This document shows, piece by piece, positions 53,861 through 63,875 of a stretch of DNA of 64,000 nt (within the stretch, counting starts at the first letter, position 1; each line of letters starts with the position of its first letter). The notes beneath the pieces are model-generated. The model searched no databases. It was given only the letters and a program-made list of their open reading frames with translations, and was not told the origin of the DNA. Both the position numbers and the translations under genes were made by a program. This DNA comes from Obrimoposthia wandeli (Eukaryota). The DNA is taken from contig CDROCS010002801.1 of the NCBI GenBank assembly GCA_977020255.1, positions 62,001 to 126,000 of the forward strand. The letters run 5' to 3'.

Positions 53861-54613
53861 ACTAGAACTTTTTAATTTAAATATAATTTTGACAGTTTTT
53901 TTAAGATTTTCTGTTAGTAATTTAATTGATAAGTTGAATTATTAAACAATAGGGAATTTTGAAAATCAAGTCTTGATGTAATTGCTTTTGTTAGCATTGT
54001 AGTTATGTCAATAACTAATTATTTTCATATTACAAAAAAATTAATTTAAACTGTTGGATGTTCTTATTAGTTTATTAATTTGACAATACATTGAAATGTT
54101 TTCATCGAACACACAATCAATTCTTTATTTTACTTTTTACATGATAGATTTTTAAAACATGTATGAAACTAATTTTTCTTTTATATGGTTTATATTATTC
54201 TTTTGTCAAATCAATATATACCAAGTTTAAATCTCATTCATATTCTTTATTTATTTTGATTTTATCCATAAAACTGCTTTAGAAATAAGCTTTTCTATTT
54301 TATAAAATATGATTTCATTAAAATCAAAATAAAGTTGTGTTTTATCAACATACATACCGATGTACGTCAAAATGCGGTCGATAAAATGTACTTTAGACGA
54401 ACACTTGTTGAATTTTGTTCCAATAGGTCAGTATTTGCTGTAAGTGGGTCAAGATCAGTTGTAAATAGGTCATGTATTTGTTATTTAGTACGTGGATGTG
54501 TGACTTCTGGCACATAGTTTCACCCCGATGAATCATGTCTCTGTGGTAAAAATATGTGACGATGACTCATCCATGACCTCATGAGGTCAAGGTCATTATG
54601 AGGTCACTGTCAC

Positions 54614-54690
54614 TCTTGAATGTAGTTCTTTGAATGTGGTTCTTTTAATATGGTTCTTTTAATGTGGCTCTTTGAAAGTGGTTCTTTCAA
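54614..54690. repeat. ~14-bp tandem repeat x5 (tcttt(g/t)aatgtggt)
   Basis: Directly visible near the putative left end of the element. Confidence 0.8.
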
Positions 54691-55496
54691 AATTACCCTT
54701 CAAGTGTCAAAACCTTCAAAAATGTATTTTTCTACTTTTCAAACTTATATATAATAGGCTTGGTCTGAGCTTGGTCAGGCCTTCGAAGGTTGACCTTCAA
54801 GGTTCTACAACCTTCAAAAATGCAATATGCATGTGTTTAAAACAATCACAATTGCATTTAATCTTATAAGTGATTCATGGATTTTTATGAACAAACTATC
54901 ACTAAAAGATGATCATCTAGAAAATTTTTATACAATTTGTAAAATTTTATGAACAGACTATTCAGAACAAAATATACTTTATATTTTTAGTTCGACAGTT
55001 CGAATAGTTATAAAGTCTTATTCAAAATATCACAACTAATATGCGATGACCTGCGATTACAACCATTATCAATAAATACATTTTTTATATCCTACTGAAT
55101 TTTTCAAGGTCATAAAGCACGAACGCGTTCAACTAATTTTGTTAGATTAGGAGAAATGAAATTAAATAAATAACATGGTTGAAATATTTAAGGTTTTAAA
55201 TTAAAAAAACATAATCATTTTGAAACCTTGAAGGTCACGAAGTGAGTATATATGTTAAGAAAAAATGCAAAAAAAGGCTGTAAAAGATTAGAGTAAAACA
55301 AAGAAAGAAACAAATTAGTGGTAATGCGACATCAGCCGAAGAATTGCAAAGTTAGCGATCGCATTGATTAGACCTATAATCAAGAAAATTTCACACAAGT
55401 AGGTGGATGTGTCCGGTCTAATCCACACCCCCCTCCCCCCCTTGTCCTTTAAAACCGTGCATGTGTGTGGAGTGAAATTTCGTGTAGGTGTGTAGA

Positions 55497-56004
55497 AAAT
55501 TTTTCTACCCCCCCCCATCCCAAACACTCAAAAAAAAAAAAAATTAACTCCATTTAACACCCTGTAAATTTAAAAATCTCATAATGCTCATAAAAAATAA
55601 AAATGCATGATTTCATTCAATTGTTTAACATTTTCTTTATGGATATCTTTGATGATATAATCAAACTTGATTTTATTAAATTTGATATGATTGGAAAAGT
55701 GGTATGTGATAGGATTTTTGAACAAATACATATCCCATTCACAGTCATGATAAGAATGTTTCTTCAATTTGATGGTATAATTGAAGATAAATAAATGTTG
55801 AATAAAATCATTAGACTGATTATGGCTTTTTTTTCTTTATTGGAATTGTGTTGACAATGGATTTGATTCTCTTCTCTGGTGTGTTGGTAAATTTCGTACT
55901 GTAAAATTTTGAAGTAAATTTTCTACCCCCCCCCCCCATCCCAAACACTCAAAAAAAATTAACTCCATTTAACACCCTGTAAATTTAAAAATCTCATAAT
56001 GCTC
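55497..56004. repeat. ~90-bp direct repeat pair (55497-55589, 55916-56004) with poly-C and poly-A tracts
   Basis: aaattt(t)tctac(c)n atcccaaacactc(a)n ttaactccatttaacaccctgtaaatttaaaaatctcataatgctc occurs twice, differing only in homopolymer length. Confidence 0.95.
55603..55794 (+). CDS. Small 63-aa ORF of unknown function between the direct repeats
   Basis: ATG in aaaATG context, intact frame, aataaa at and just after the stop. No recognisable homology. Confidence 0.35.
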   Translation: MHDFIQLFNIFFMDIFDDIIKLDFIKFDMIGKVVCDRIFEQIHIPFTVMIRMFLQFDGIIEDK

Positions 56005-56020
56005 CCAAAATTTTGATTAA

Positions 56021-57575
56021 GGTCCTGAGAGGCCAAAAAATTGGCCAAAGCGTGCCCTACGGGCCCGCGGTGGATCAACGAGTAATAAATACAGGCTCAC
56101 TCCCTCTACAACTCCGACTCTGATACCCAACAATACAGTGCCTGATCCATTCAGAAGGCCACAATCTCCGATACGTCCTGTTAGGAGAATAAAGGCGACG
56201 AATGAGGTTAGAAATCATTTATTTAAAATGTTTTTTAATTTTATTTTCAGAAACTGCAACTGGATTTGGCACCGTCAGTGACCACGATTGAGAGGCTAAT
56301 TGAACCGCAATACTTGGCGAGTCAATGTAGCCAGGATGATCCCAGGAGTGATCAGAGATACCTACCGACTCCGGCTAAAATTGAGGTATATTTAATTATT
56401 CACTTAGAAAGCTGAGTTGGTGGAGGAAATTTGGGAGGAGGCATCTCGGAGACTACCTGTCGATATGAAGCAAGCGGCAGTTAGGAAACCTCGACGTCAT
56501 CGAATCAAAACTAATACGGTCCATTGGAAGAAGGCCAAGTTGGTGAAACAGGCTAATCTGCCCGTCATCGAGGTAAATTATTTATATGTTTAAATTTTAT
56601 TAATGTTTTTTTGTTGCAGGAACCAATAACATTAACTGAGGAGACATGGGCCAAAATTTCTCCTTTTCCGCATAAGCGAACGAGGCAGTGTGCTGTACGG
56701 AAGACACGGCGTTTTAGAAAGGCGAAATCCTGTCTGCTCAATTCGAGTGAAAAAACGATTGAGCGGCAGGAAAAACTTCCGTATAAGATTATTGAGGTAA
56801 TTTTTTGTTATTTTAAATATTTTTTTATTTAAATAAATTTTATTTGAAATTTTATTTTTGTTTTCATTTGCAGGAACCTGTCCCGATAATTGAGGAGACT
56901 TGGGGAGAAGTTACTCCTTTCCCTAAGAAAAGGACAAAGCGAGCAGAGGTGAAGAAGACGAGGCGCGCGAGAAAAATGCGAACCTCAATTGGCCATTATT
57001 CTGAGGCGGTGATTGGCCAGCAGGAGATTCTACCTCCTCCAATGGACGACGGGCCTATCTTATATGAGAGGATCCCAGTCTCGCCGATCGAGATAAGTCC
57101 GCACTCGAGTCAACAACGCCTGCAGGAGACTGCTTCTCCTCGTCCAACAACCAGCCAAAACTTGAAGAGGGCCTGGGATGACGCTGGTTTGGACGAATTC
57201 CTGGCGGAACTGGATACACCGGCAATGCTTCCAGATTCGCGTGGGAAACAGGATGCCGTCTCACGCCAGCTTCAGCGTGAGAAGGAGGAGAAACAGAAGA
57301 AAGCTCCGCGGAAGAGGAAGGCTACTGCTTCTATGTCGGGGCCATCAACATCGGCTGCACCTCCTCCCAAAACGTTGCGGCAACTATTGCCAAAACCTGA
57401 GGGAAGGACAATTGCTGTACAGCAACCGGTGAAGCCGAAAAAGAAACCGGGTCGGCCAAAGAAGAAGGAACCAGTACCGCTTTCTCCTATCAAAATAAGT
57501 CGGAGGGAATATGACCCGGATGATCCCAATGAAGACTTCGTAAGGATTTTCAAAAATATAATTTATAAACATTAG
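56021..57575 (+). CDS. Intron-containing basic repeat protein of the element. Exons ~56021-56206, 56251-56385, 56408-56572, 56620-56796, 56874-57575; start codon not resolved
   Basis: Four phase-0 GT-AG introns (44, 22, 47, 77 nt), each after a GAG codon, give a continuous frame. The last three exons are mutually homologous (EE.W...VxKxRRxR...Q..LP). Confidence 0.7.
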
Positions 57576-57605
57576 TTTCTTGTGTTGTCTTTTTATTATT
57601 ATTTA

Positions 57606-57784
57606 TTTTAGAATTTAGTAATATTAAAATATACTACTTAAGTTTATTAAAATAACAAGGTTAAAAATAAATTTTAGAATTTAATATTAAAATATACTAC
57701 TTAAGTTTATTAAAATAACAAGGTTAAAAATAAATTTTAGAATTTAGTAATATTAAAATATCCTCCTTAAGTTTATTAAAATAA
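57606..57784. repeat. ~63-66-bp AT-rich tandem repeat x3 in an intergenic spacer
   Basis: ttttagaattta(gta)atattaaaatat..cttaagtttattaaaata starts at 57606, 57672 and 57735. Confidence 0.9.
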
Positions 57785-57981
57785 AGTTAACTTATTCGAA
57801 TGTGATTGGATTGTTAAGGAATAAATAAAACAATTTAGGATTAAATATAAATGCAATGATTAGTTATATATTTATTAAACTTCCATTTGATAAATATATT
57901 TTAATTGCTTGTGATTGGATTAAAAATATCTTTAATTTATATATATAGGTTCAAATTTATTAACATCTTCATAATTAAAAA

Positions 57982-58293
57982 ATGGAATTTATTAAAATGC
58001 AAAGTTTGGTGACGAAGATCGAGGCAAATATAAGAATAAATGAGAAGAAAGGGGACTTAAAAAAGAGGGTCCTCAACCAGAATTTGTATACTGCTGTCGC
58101 GACAGAGTGGAATCATCGGGTGGAGATACAGGATAGGAGGCTAGCAGAACGCCGTCGAATCGTGGAGTGGAATAAGAAGATCGAATTGGAAAAAAGAAGA
58201 GAAGAGACGGAGGATGTTCGGCGAGCAGCAAGAAAGCGAATCCTCCAGATTAAACCGGAAGAGGGTCCTTCCACAAAAAAATTAATTTTATAG
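57982..58293 (+). CDS. 103-aa charged, probably coiled-coil protein with a basic C-terminus; function unknown
   Basis: Intact ATG-to-stop ORF in aaaaATG context, rich in E/K/R, in a gene-dense part of the element. Confidence 0.65.
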   Translation: MEFIKMQSLVTKIEANIRINEKKGDLKKRVLNQNLYTAVATEWNHRVEIQDRRLAERRRIVEWNKKIELEKRREETEDVRRAARKRILQIKPEEGPSTKKLIL

Positions 58294-58418
58294 ATTATTA
58301 TTTTGTCTTTATTGATTATGTTATAAAATTGTCTAAATACTACCTCGTCATTTTAATAAATTTTTGATTAATAGTTTTTCGTTATAAACAACGGGATTTG
58401 CTACAAATTTGGGTAATT

Positions 58419-58907
58419 ATGCAGGAATATATCATAGATTTTGAGGCTTTCATTAACAAAAATGGGGATTATATTATAAAAGAATTATGTATTATGGATG
58501 TATGCGACGTTTTTCATCCTTTGCATTTCATATTTCATATAGATATCCCATTTAAAAGTTTAGATTATAAGAAAAAATTTACTAATTTATATCTAACTAA
58601 ATATTTCCATTTATTAAAATGGAAAGAAGGACATAAGGCTTTTTGTGAAATATGTATTTTCGATACTATTAAATCTAATTTTGAAATTGAAAATGGAATT
58701 TTTTATGTTTTAGATGACATGGATGGCAAAAAATATAAGACTTTAAAAAAATATTTTCCTAAATTGAGGTTGAATACTTTAAATATTTCACGTGATCATC
58801 TATTAAATATTCCACAAAATATTTGCTGTCCATATCGTAATCATGGTGACCATTGCGCATATAAAAAATGTTTAAGTCTTTCTTATTATTACTTGACATG
58901 TAGATAA
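58419..58907 (+). CDS. 162-aa Maverick-associated protein with an N-terminal IIDFEAF...IIKEL (DxE, DEDD-exonuclease-like) motif and a C-terminal CxxxxHxxHC cluster
   Basis: Intact ORF from ATG 58419. The pattern xDxEGF/AF..FIxKELA..H..W..G..C..H..CA is one I recognise from invertebrate Mavericks. Nuclease function is inference. Confidence 0.65.
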   Translation: MQEYIIDFEAFINKNGDYIIKELCIMDVCDVFHPLHFIFHIDIPFKSLDYKKKFTNLYLTKYFHLLKWKEGHKAFCEICIFDTIKSNFEIENGIFYVLDDMDGKKYKTLKKYFPKLRLNTLNISRDHLLNIPQNICCPYRNHGDHCAYKKCLSLSYYYLTCR

Positions 58908-59049
58908 ACAATTCTTCTAATTGGAGGAATTCATTATTAAAATTTTACAATTATTTACAAATAAGGCTTTTAATTGGAGGAATAAAATTATTTTTTCAAC
59001 CAATAACAGATAAACAATCCTTCTCAGTGGAGGAATAAATTCAATTTTT

Positions 59050-59100
59050 TAATCCAATAGGAAAAGAGCATGTGTGCATAAATTTTAGTATATAAGCAAA
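59050..59100 (+). promoter_or_regulatory. Putative Pol II promoter of the PolB gene (CCAAT at 59054, TATATAAG at 59089)
   Basis: CCAAT and TATA boxes in canonical order, ~48 bp upstream of ATG 59137. Confidence 0.45.
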
Positions 59101-59136
59101 CACTTTCTTCATTTAAATCCCCGACAATTTGAAATA

Positions 59137-62100
59137 ATGCCTATGGTAAGAATTTATTTTTATTATTTCCTTATTAATATTTATTATTTCAGATTACGTG
59201 TAACCTATTCCCTGCGTATTGCGCTGCTTCGGCTCCGCATGGAGGAGAGTCCTGCATGGAGACAATGTCTGCATACTACCGGACAAAGTCTCAAGGTGTT
59301 CTGTTCTTCGTCTGCCCCTTCTGCAGAACAATGGAGGAGAAGGAGTTTCGAAAATTCTTCTGTGAACATCGAGCTCACCTATCGTGTTTCACGGCCAACA
59401 ACAAGAAGAGGGATATCGTCCAATTGGTGCGCGATTCGCAGGCCGCTCCAGCTCCACCTCCAATTAAAGTGGCAGTCAGTCTACCAGTTTATGGTCCTGC
59501 CATTGGTCCTTCTCTCCCGGCTCCTGATTCTGCTGCTGCCCCATCCACTCAAATGTCTAACAATGAGTGGATGAACGACATCTCCGAGGAAGATTTTGAG
59601 GATTTGGCACCAGCAACCCAATTCTCAAACAATGACTGGATGCGAAATATCACCCAGTCAGATTTCGAGATGGAGCAGCCTCAGTGGAGCGATAACTCAT
59701 GGTTGGAGACCATCGAGGAATCTGATTTCGTCGAGTCAACGGACGACAGCTGGATGGATTCCATCGATGAAGAGGACTTCATTCCAGCTCAACTTGGATT
59801 GTCATCATTAGGTTTTTTTTTTTTTTTTGTAAATTGTAATTATATATTTTATTTTTTAATATATATTTTTTATTTATATTATTTATTCAGGAAATACCGT
59901 TCTACAATCGTCATCTGCTACAACAGATATGCCTCCACCATCGCGAGTGCCTACATCGATGTTAGCGCGCCTTAGAGGTAATAATTTTTAAAAATATATT
60001 TATTTTTTAATATATATATTTCAGCAGCACTAACTTTTACAACAGCCGCTTCTTCATCGGAAAGGTCAGCGGTCCCTTCAACATCATCTACAGTTGCCTC
60101 AACATCGGCAGCATCAAAAATAGCAGCAGCTTCCACATCAGCTGCAATTGTCTCAACATCGGCAGCATGTCCAATAGCAGCACCTTCAACCTCAGCTGCG
60201 ATTGTCTCAACTATTAATATAAATAGTTGTCTTCCCGTTCAATTAGGGGGAGGTTTGTCAGCGACAAACGGAAGAAAGAGGCGAGGCCAATTTCTTAATA
60301 AGGTCCCACCCAAAAAACGTAGAGAAAACGGTGCTACTATAGAGTATCACCTAAATAATAAATATGTTATAGTTAAGGTGCCATTAGGAAATGAAATTTT
60401 ATTAAACGTAGGTGTAGATTCAAATATTGAAAATCTTTTAAAATCAGAAGTGACTAAATTAGGACAGGCTAAGGTTCAATTTTGCGCAACAGTGTAGTTT
60501 AAAAATGTCAATGAGGAAACTAAAACTTGGGTAATTTCACATAAAGCAACTGTTTTTTATGATAATTTTGTAACTGAAATTGGAAGAAACCTGGATGAAA
60601 AAATTGCTAATTATAGCGAGGTAAGTAGTGGATGGACTCTAGTTAGAATTCACAATGTTAGCTTTGTTCTACATGATATATCTTTCGGAGGGTTCATACA
60701 TTCCTTCACCTAGATCTCTTCAACTTTCACGTTCCATTGTTAACGTACAAAACAGTGATAACCTTTGCTTTCTGTATAGCGTGTTGGCCATCCTCAAAAG
60801 GGATGTAATTACTGAGCATAGAGAGCGTGTCAGTAAATATACCCCTTTTTTAAATGAATTGCAGTATCATGGAATAGATTTTCCTGTTAAATTAACTGCG
60901 ATATCAAGATTTGAACATCTTAATAACTTGAGTATTAATGTATTCAAATATAATACTGATATCCCAGTTAATGTAACAGACGAAGAAATATTTAAAAATC
61001 CTTTTGTAGAAGCAAAAATGAGGGGACTCAGGTCAACTTAATTTTGCTCGAACATAATAATAAATTCCATTATGCTGCAATTCCCAGTTTAGATCGTCTT
61101 CTAAATTTAGATAATGGAGCCTTACCGGTTAGGATAAGGTGTAAGTGGTGTCATAGATGTTTGCATGGGTTCCGATCCGAGCTCTCTTACAGCAAACATC
61201 TGACATTATGTTCACTGAATCCTGATGACAATACGCTATATAGCATGCCTAAGGATAATGATTTAAAATTCAGGGATTGGGCAAAATGCATACCCGTGGA
61301 ATTCAGGGTGTATGCAGATTTTGAGTCAATTTTAGCATTGCACGACCAGTATGAGAGTATTCACCTACCGGCTTCGGCAGGACTACTATTCTTAGGCCCC
61401 AATATTACCCAGTATCATAAATTTTCCGATCCAAATTGTATTTTAGATTTTATATTAAAATTAGAGGAATTAGGAACAACAATTTTCAAACCGTGGTATG
61501 ATCTCAATGCTCATCAAGCAATGATCATGACAGGCATAGACTGGGTTAATTTTAATTCTTGTAGATTATGTTATTTGTGTGGAACCCAGTCTAAGTTAGT
61601 CAGAGATCACGATCATGTTACGGGGCGATACTTGGGAGTAGCGTGCAACCTTTGTAACCTTGGCCGTCGTCTCCCTAAAAAACCACGCATTCCCATCGTG
61701 TTTCATAACCTCAAAGGATATGATTTGCATCATATACTTAAATACGCGTTGGGTACATTAAGCTCTTGGGAAATTTCATGTATACCTCAAACTTCAGAGA
61801 AATATTTATCTTTAACTGCATATACTGAATTCTGCAGTTTAAGATTCATAGATTCTCTGCAGTTTTTGAGCGGGTCTTTAAAAAATTTAACGGCATCTTT
61901 AAATGCATGGCCAATTACACAGTCAGTGTTCCCAGCTTCGGTTAACGATAAGGGGATTTTTCTGTATAAATTTGCGAAACCTTTCGCAGATTTAGAAAAT
62001 ACAACTGAAATCCCACCCATAACTGAATTTGAAAGTGTAAGTCTTCAAGACTATAATGAGGCCCGTACATTTTGGGTGAATAATTGTCAAAATCTTTTCG

Positions 62101-63602
62101 AATATATGCTTTATTATATGAAGTTAGACATTTATCTTTTAGCTGATGTTTTTGAGTCCTTTCGTGTAAAGTCTTTAGCAGAAGATGGGCTAGATCCCAT
62201 GCATTTCTTTAGTTTACCTGGTCTTTCATGGGCAACAGCAATAAAAACTCTTAAAATTAATATCGAGTTACTGCAAGATCCCGCGATGTATCAAATGTAT
62301 GATTATGGTATACGCAGTGGAATGACTTTTGTCAACAAACATCATGTTGTCAAAAATCAATCCACGGAGATTCTGTACATCGATATTAATAATTTGTATG
62401 GGTGGGCGCTTACTCAACCTCTACCTCATGCCAACTTTAAGTGGGTTTATGATGTGGATCAGTTGAATAAGTTGATGACAGATTTGGCTACTGTTGATAC
62501 AGTTTCATCCGACGTCGGCTATTTGGTTGAGGTGGACATAAAAATCCCTCCCAATGTGCATGATAAATTAGATGATCTTCCAGTAGCGCCTGTTCATCAA
62601 TGCCCACCTAATTCAAAGGTTAAGAAATTATTGTTAACCCATGAAGACAAGTTGAATTATGTTGTGCATTGGCGGCTTCTTCAATTCTACTTAAAGTTGG
62701 GAGCGAAAGTTACTCGAATTCATCGTGCTATAAGCTTCAGTCAAAACTTTGTGTTTAAAGACTATATTGAGAAGAATTCAAGAAAACGTAATTTGGCCAC
62801 TAGCAAATTCGATCGAGATTTTTACAAGTTAAAAAGTAATAGTCTCTTTGGAAAAACTGTAGAGGACTTGCGGAAACGTATTTGTCTACGGTTTTGCAAT
62901 GATGAGCGTAAACTAATAACATATATTAGCAAGTACAACTTCAAGCGTAGTTTTACAATTGCAGATGACTTGGTAGCAGTGTTATTAGGAAAACAGAGTA
63001 TTTGTCTCGATCGACCGAGTTATATAGGTCAAACGGTTTTAGACATTTCTAAAATCAGAATGTATGAGCTTCAATACATAGAATTGGAGAAATATCGACG
63101 AGAATTCAATTGTGAAATCAAAATCGCAGCTGGGGACACTGACTCTTTCTTTTTAGAATGTAGGAATGTTAGTTTAAATAATCAATTATTACCAGCAATG
63201 TTTAGGGACAACTTACTAGATACCCATAAATATCCCGCTAACCATCCTCTACACTCTATGAGTTTAAAGGACATTATCGGGAAATTTAAGGATGAAAGCG
63301 AGGGACAGGTTTCGTATGATGATTGTATTTTCCTACGCCCTAAATGCTACAGTTTACATGCATCTAATAATACATGTTCAATGAGAGCAAAGGGTGTGGG
63401 AAGAAACAATCTTACACATGAGGCCTACCGGAAAGTTTATGATACTGGGTGTATTGAAAGCGTTGAGCAAACTAGATTTATTTCAAGATCCCATCAACTG
63501 TATTCCCATAAATCAACCAAAATCGCGTTGAGTAGTAATGACGACAAGCGCTTTTGGGTAGAAAAGAACGCTAGCCTGGCTTATGGACACTTCAGAATTT
63601 AA
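59137..63602 (+). pseudogene. Full spliced pPolB gene model (exons 59137-59145, 59193-59811, 59891-59977, 60025-63602) with one in-frame TAG (60495) and two mutually compensating frameshifts (~60680, ~61020)
   Basis: GT-AG introns of 47, 79 and 47 nt give a continuous frame into QLGGG and the Polinton pre-polymerase motifs SSGWTL..I, GSYIP, IVNVQNSDNLCFLYSVLA, GIDFPV, ISRFE.LNNLSINVF, VNLILL..HY. Confidence 0.7.
61044..63602 (+). CDS. polB: Protein-primed family B DNA polymerase core (Polinton/adintovirus type), 852 aa intact
   Basis: ExoI VYADFES, inserted Zn/EndoVII-like CYLC..RDHDHVTG..C..CN, ExoII FHNLKGYD, ExoIII YMKLDI, motif A YIDINNLYG, motif B KLKSNSLFGKT, motif C GDTDS, then GKFKDE, LRPKCY, KGV, DDKR. 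Confidence 0.97.
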   Translation: MLEHNNKFHYAAIPSLDRLLNLDNGALPVRIRCKWCHRCLHGFRSELSYSKHLTLCSLNPDDNTLYSMPKDNDLKFRDWAKCIPVEFRVYADFESILALHDQYESIHLPASAGLLFLGPNITQYHKFSDPNCILDFILKLEELGTTIFKPWYDLNAHQAMIMTGIDWVNFNSCRLCYLCGTQSKLVRDHDHVTGRYLGVACNLCNLGRRLPKKPRIPIVFHNLKGYDLHHILKYALGTLSSWEISCIPQTSEKYLSLTAYTEFCSLRFIDSLQFLSGSLKNLTASLNAWPITQSVFPASVNDKGIFLYKFAKPFADLENTTEIPPITEFESVSLQDYNEARTFWVNNCQNLFEYMLYYMKLDIYLLADVFESFRVKSLAEDGLDPMHFFSLPGLSWATAIKTLKINIELLQDPAMYQMYDYGIRSGMTFVNKHHVVKNQSTEILYIDINNLYGWALTQPLPHANFKWVYDVDQLNKLMTDLATVDTVSSDVGYLVEVDIKIPPNVHDKLDDLPVAPVHQCPPNSKVKKLLLTHEDKLNYVVHWRLLQFYLKLGAKVTRIHRAISFSQNFVFKDYIEKNSRKRNLATSKFDRDFYKLKSNSLFGKTVEDLRKRICLRFCNDERKLITYISKYNFKRSFTIADDLVAVLLGKQSICLDRPSYIGQTVLDISKIRMYELQYIELEKYRREFNCEIKIAAGDTDSFFLECRNVSLNNQLLPAMFRDNLLDTHKYPANHPLHSMSLKDIIGKFKDESEGQVSYDDCIFLRPKCYSLHASNNTCSMRAKGVGRNNLTHEAYRKVYDTGCIESVEQTRFISRSHQLYSHKSTKIALSSNDDKRFWVEKNASLAYGHFRI

Positions 63603-63875
63603 ACGGTTTTCATTTTTTGATTTTTTAGTTTAGTTTTTTAAAATTTTAGATCCCTATGGCACCTAGACTCTAACTTATTTGTTATTTCAATACTTTTTTA
63701 GGATGGACCTTATTTATTATGCCTTATCTTTGCTGACATATCTCATTGTGATGTTGTGATTAATAAATGTATTAAAACAATTGTCTTATGTCTTTTATTA
63801 TTTTACCCTTAAATTTTTAGAGATTTAAAAAATAATTCAAAATAAAACATTTAAAATTTTTATTTTTATAACACA

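Noticed and set aside
54300-54400. Left terminal inverted repeat and target-site duplication of the Maverick
   Set aside because: No clear AGTAGT/AGAG-type start was seen and the right end is outside the window, so it cannot be verified.
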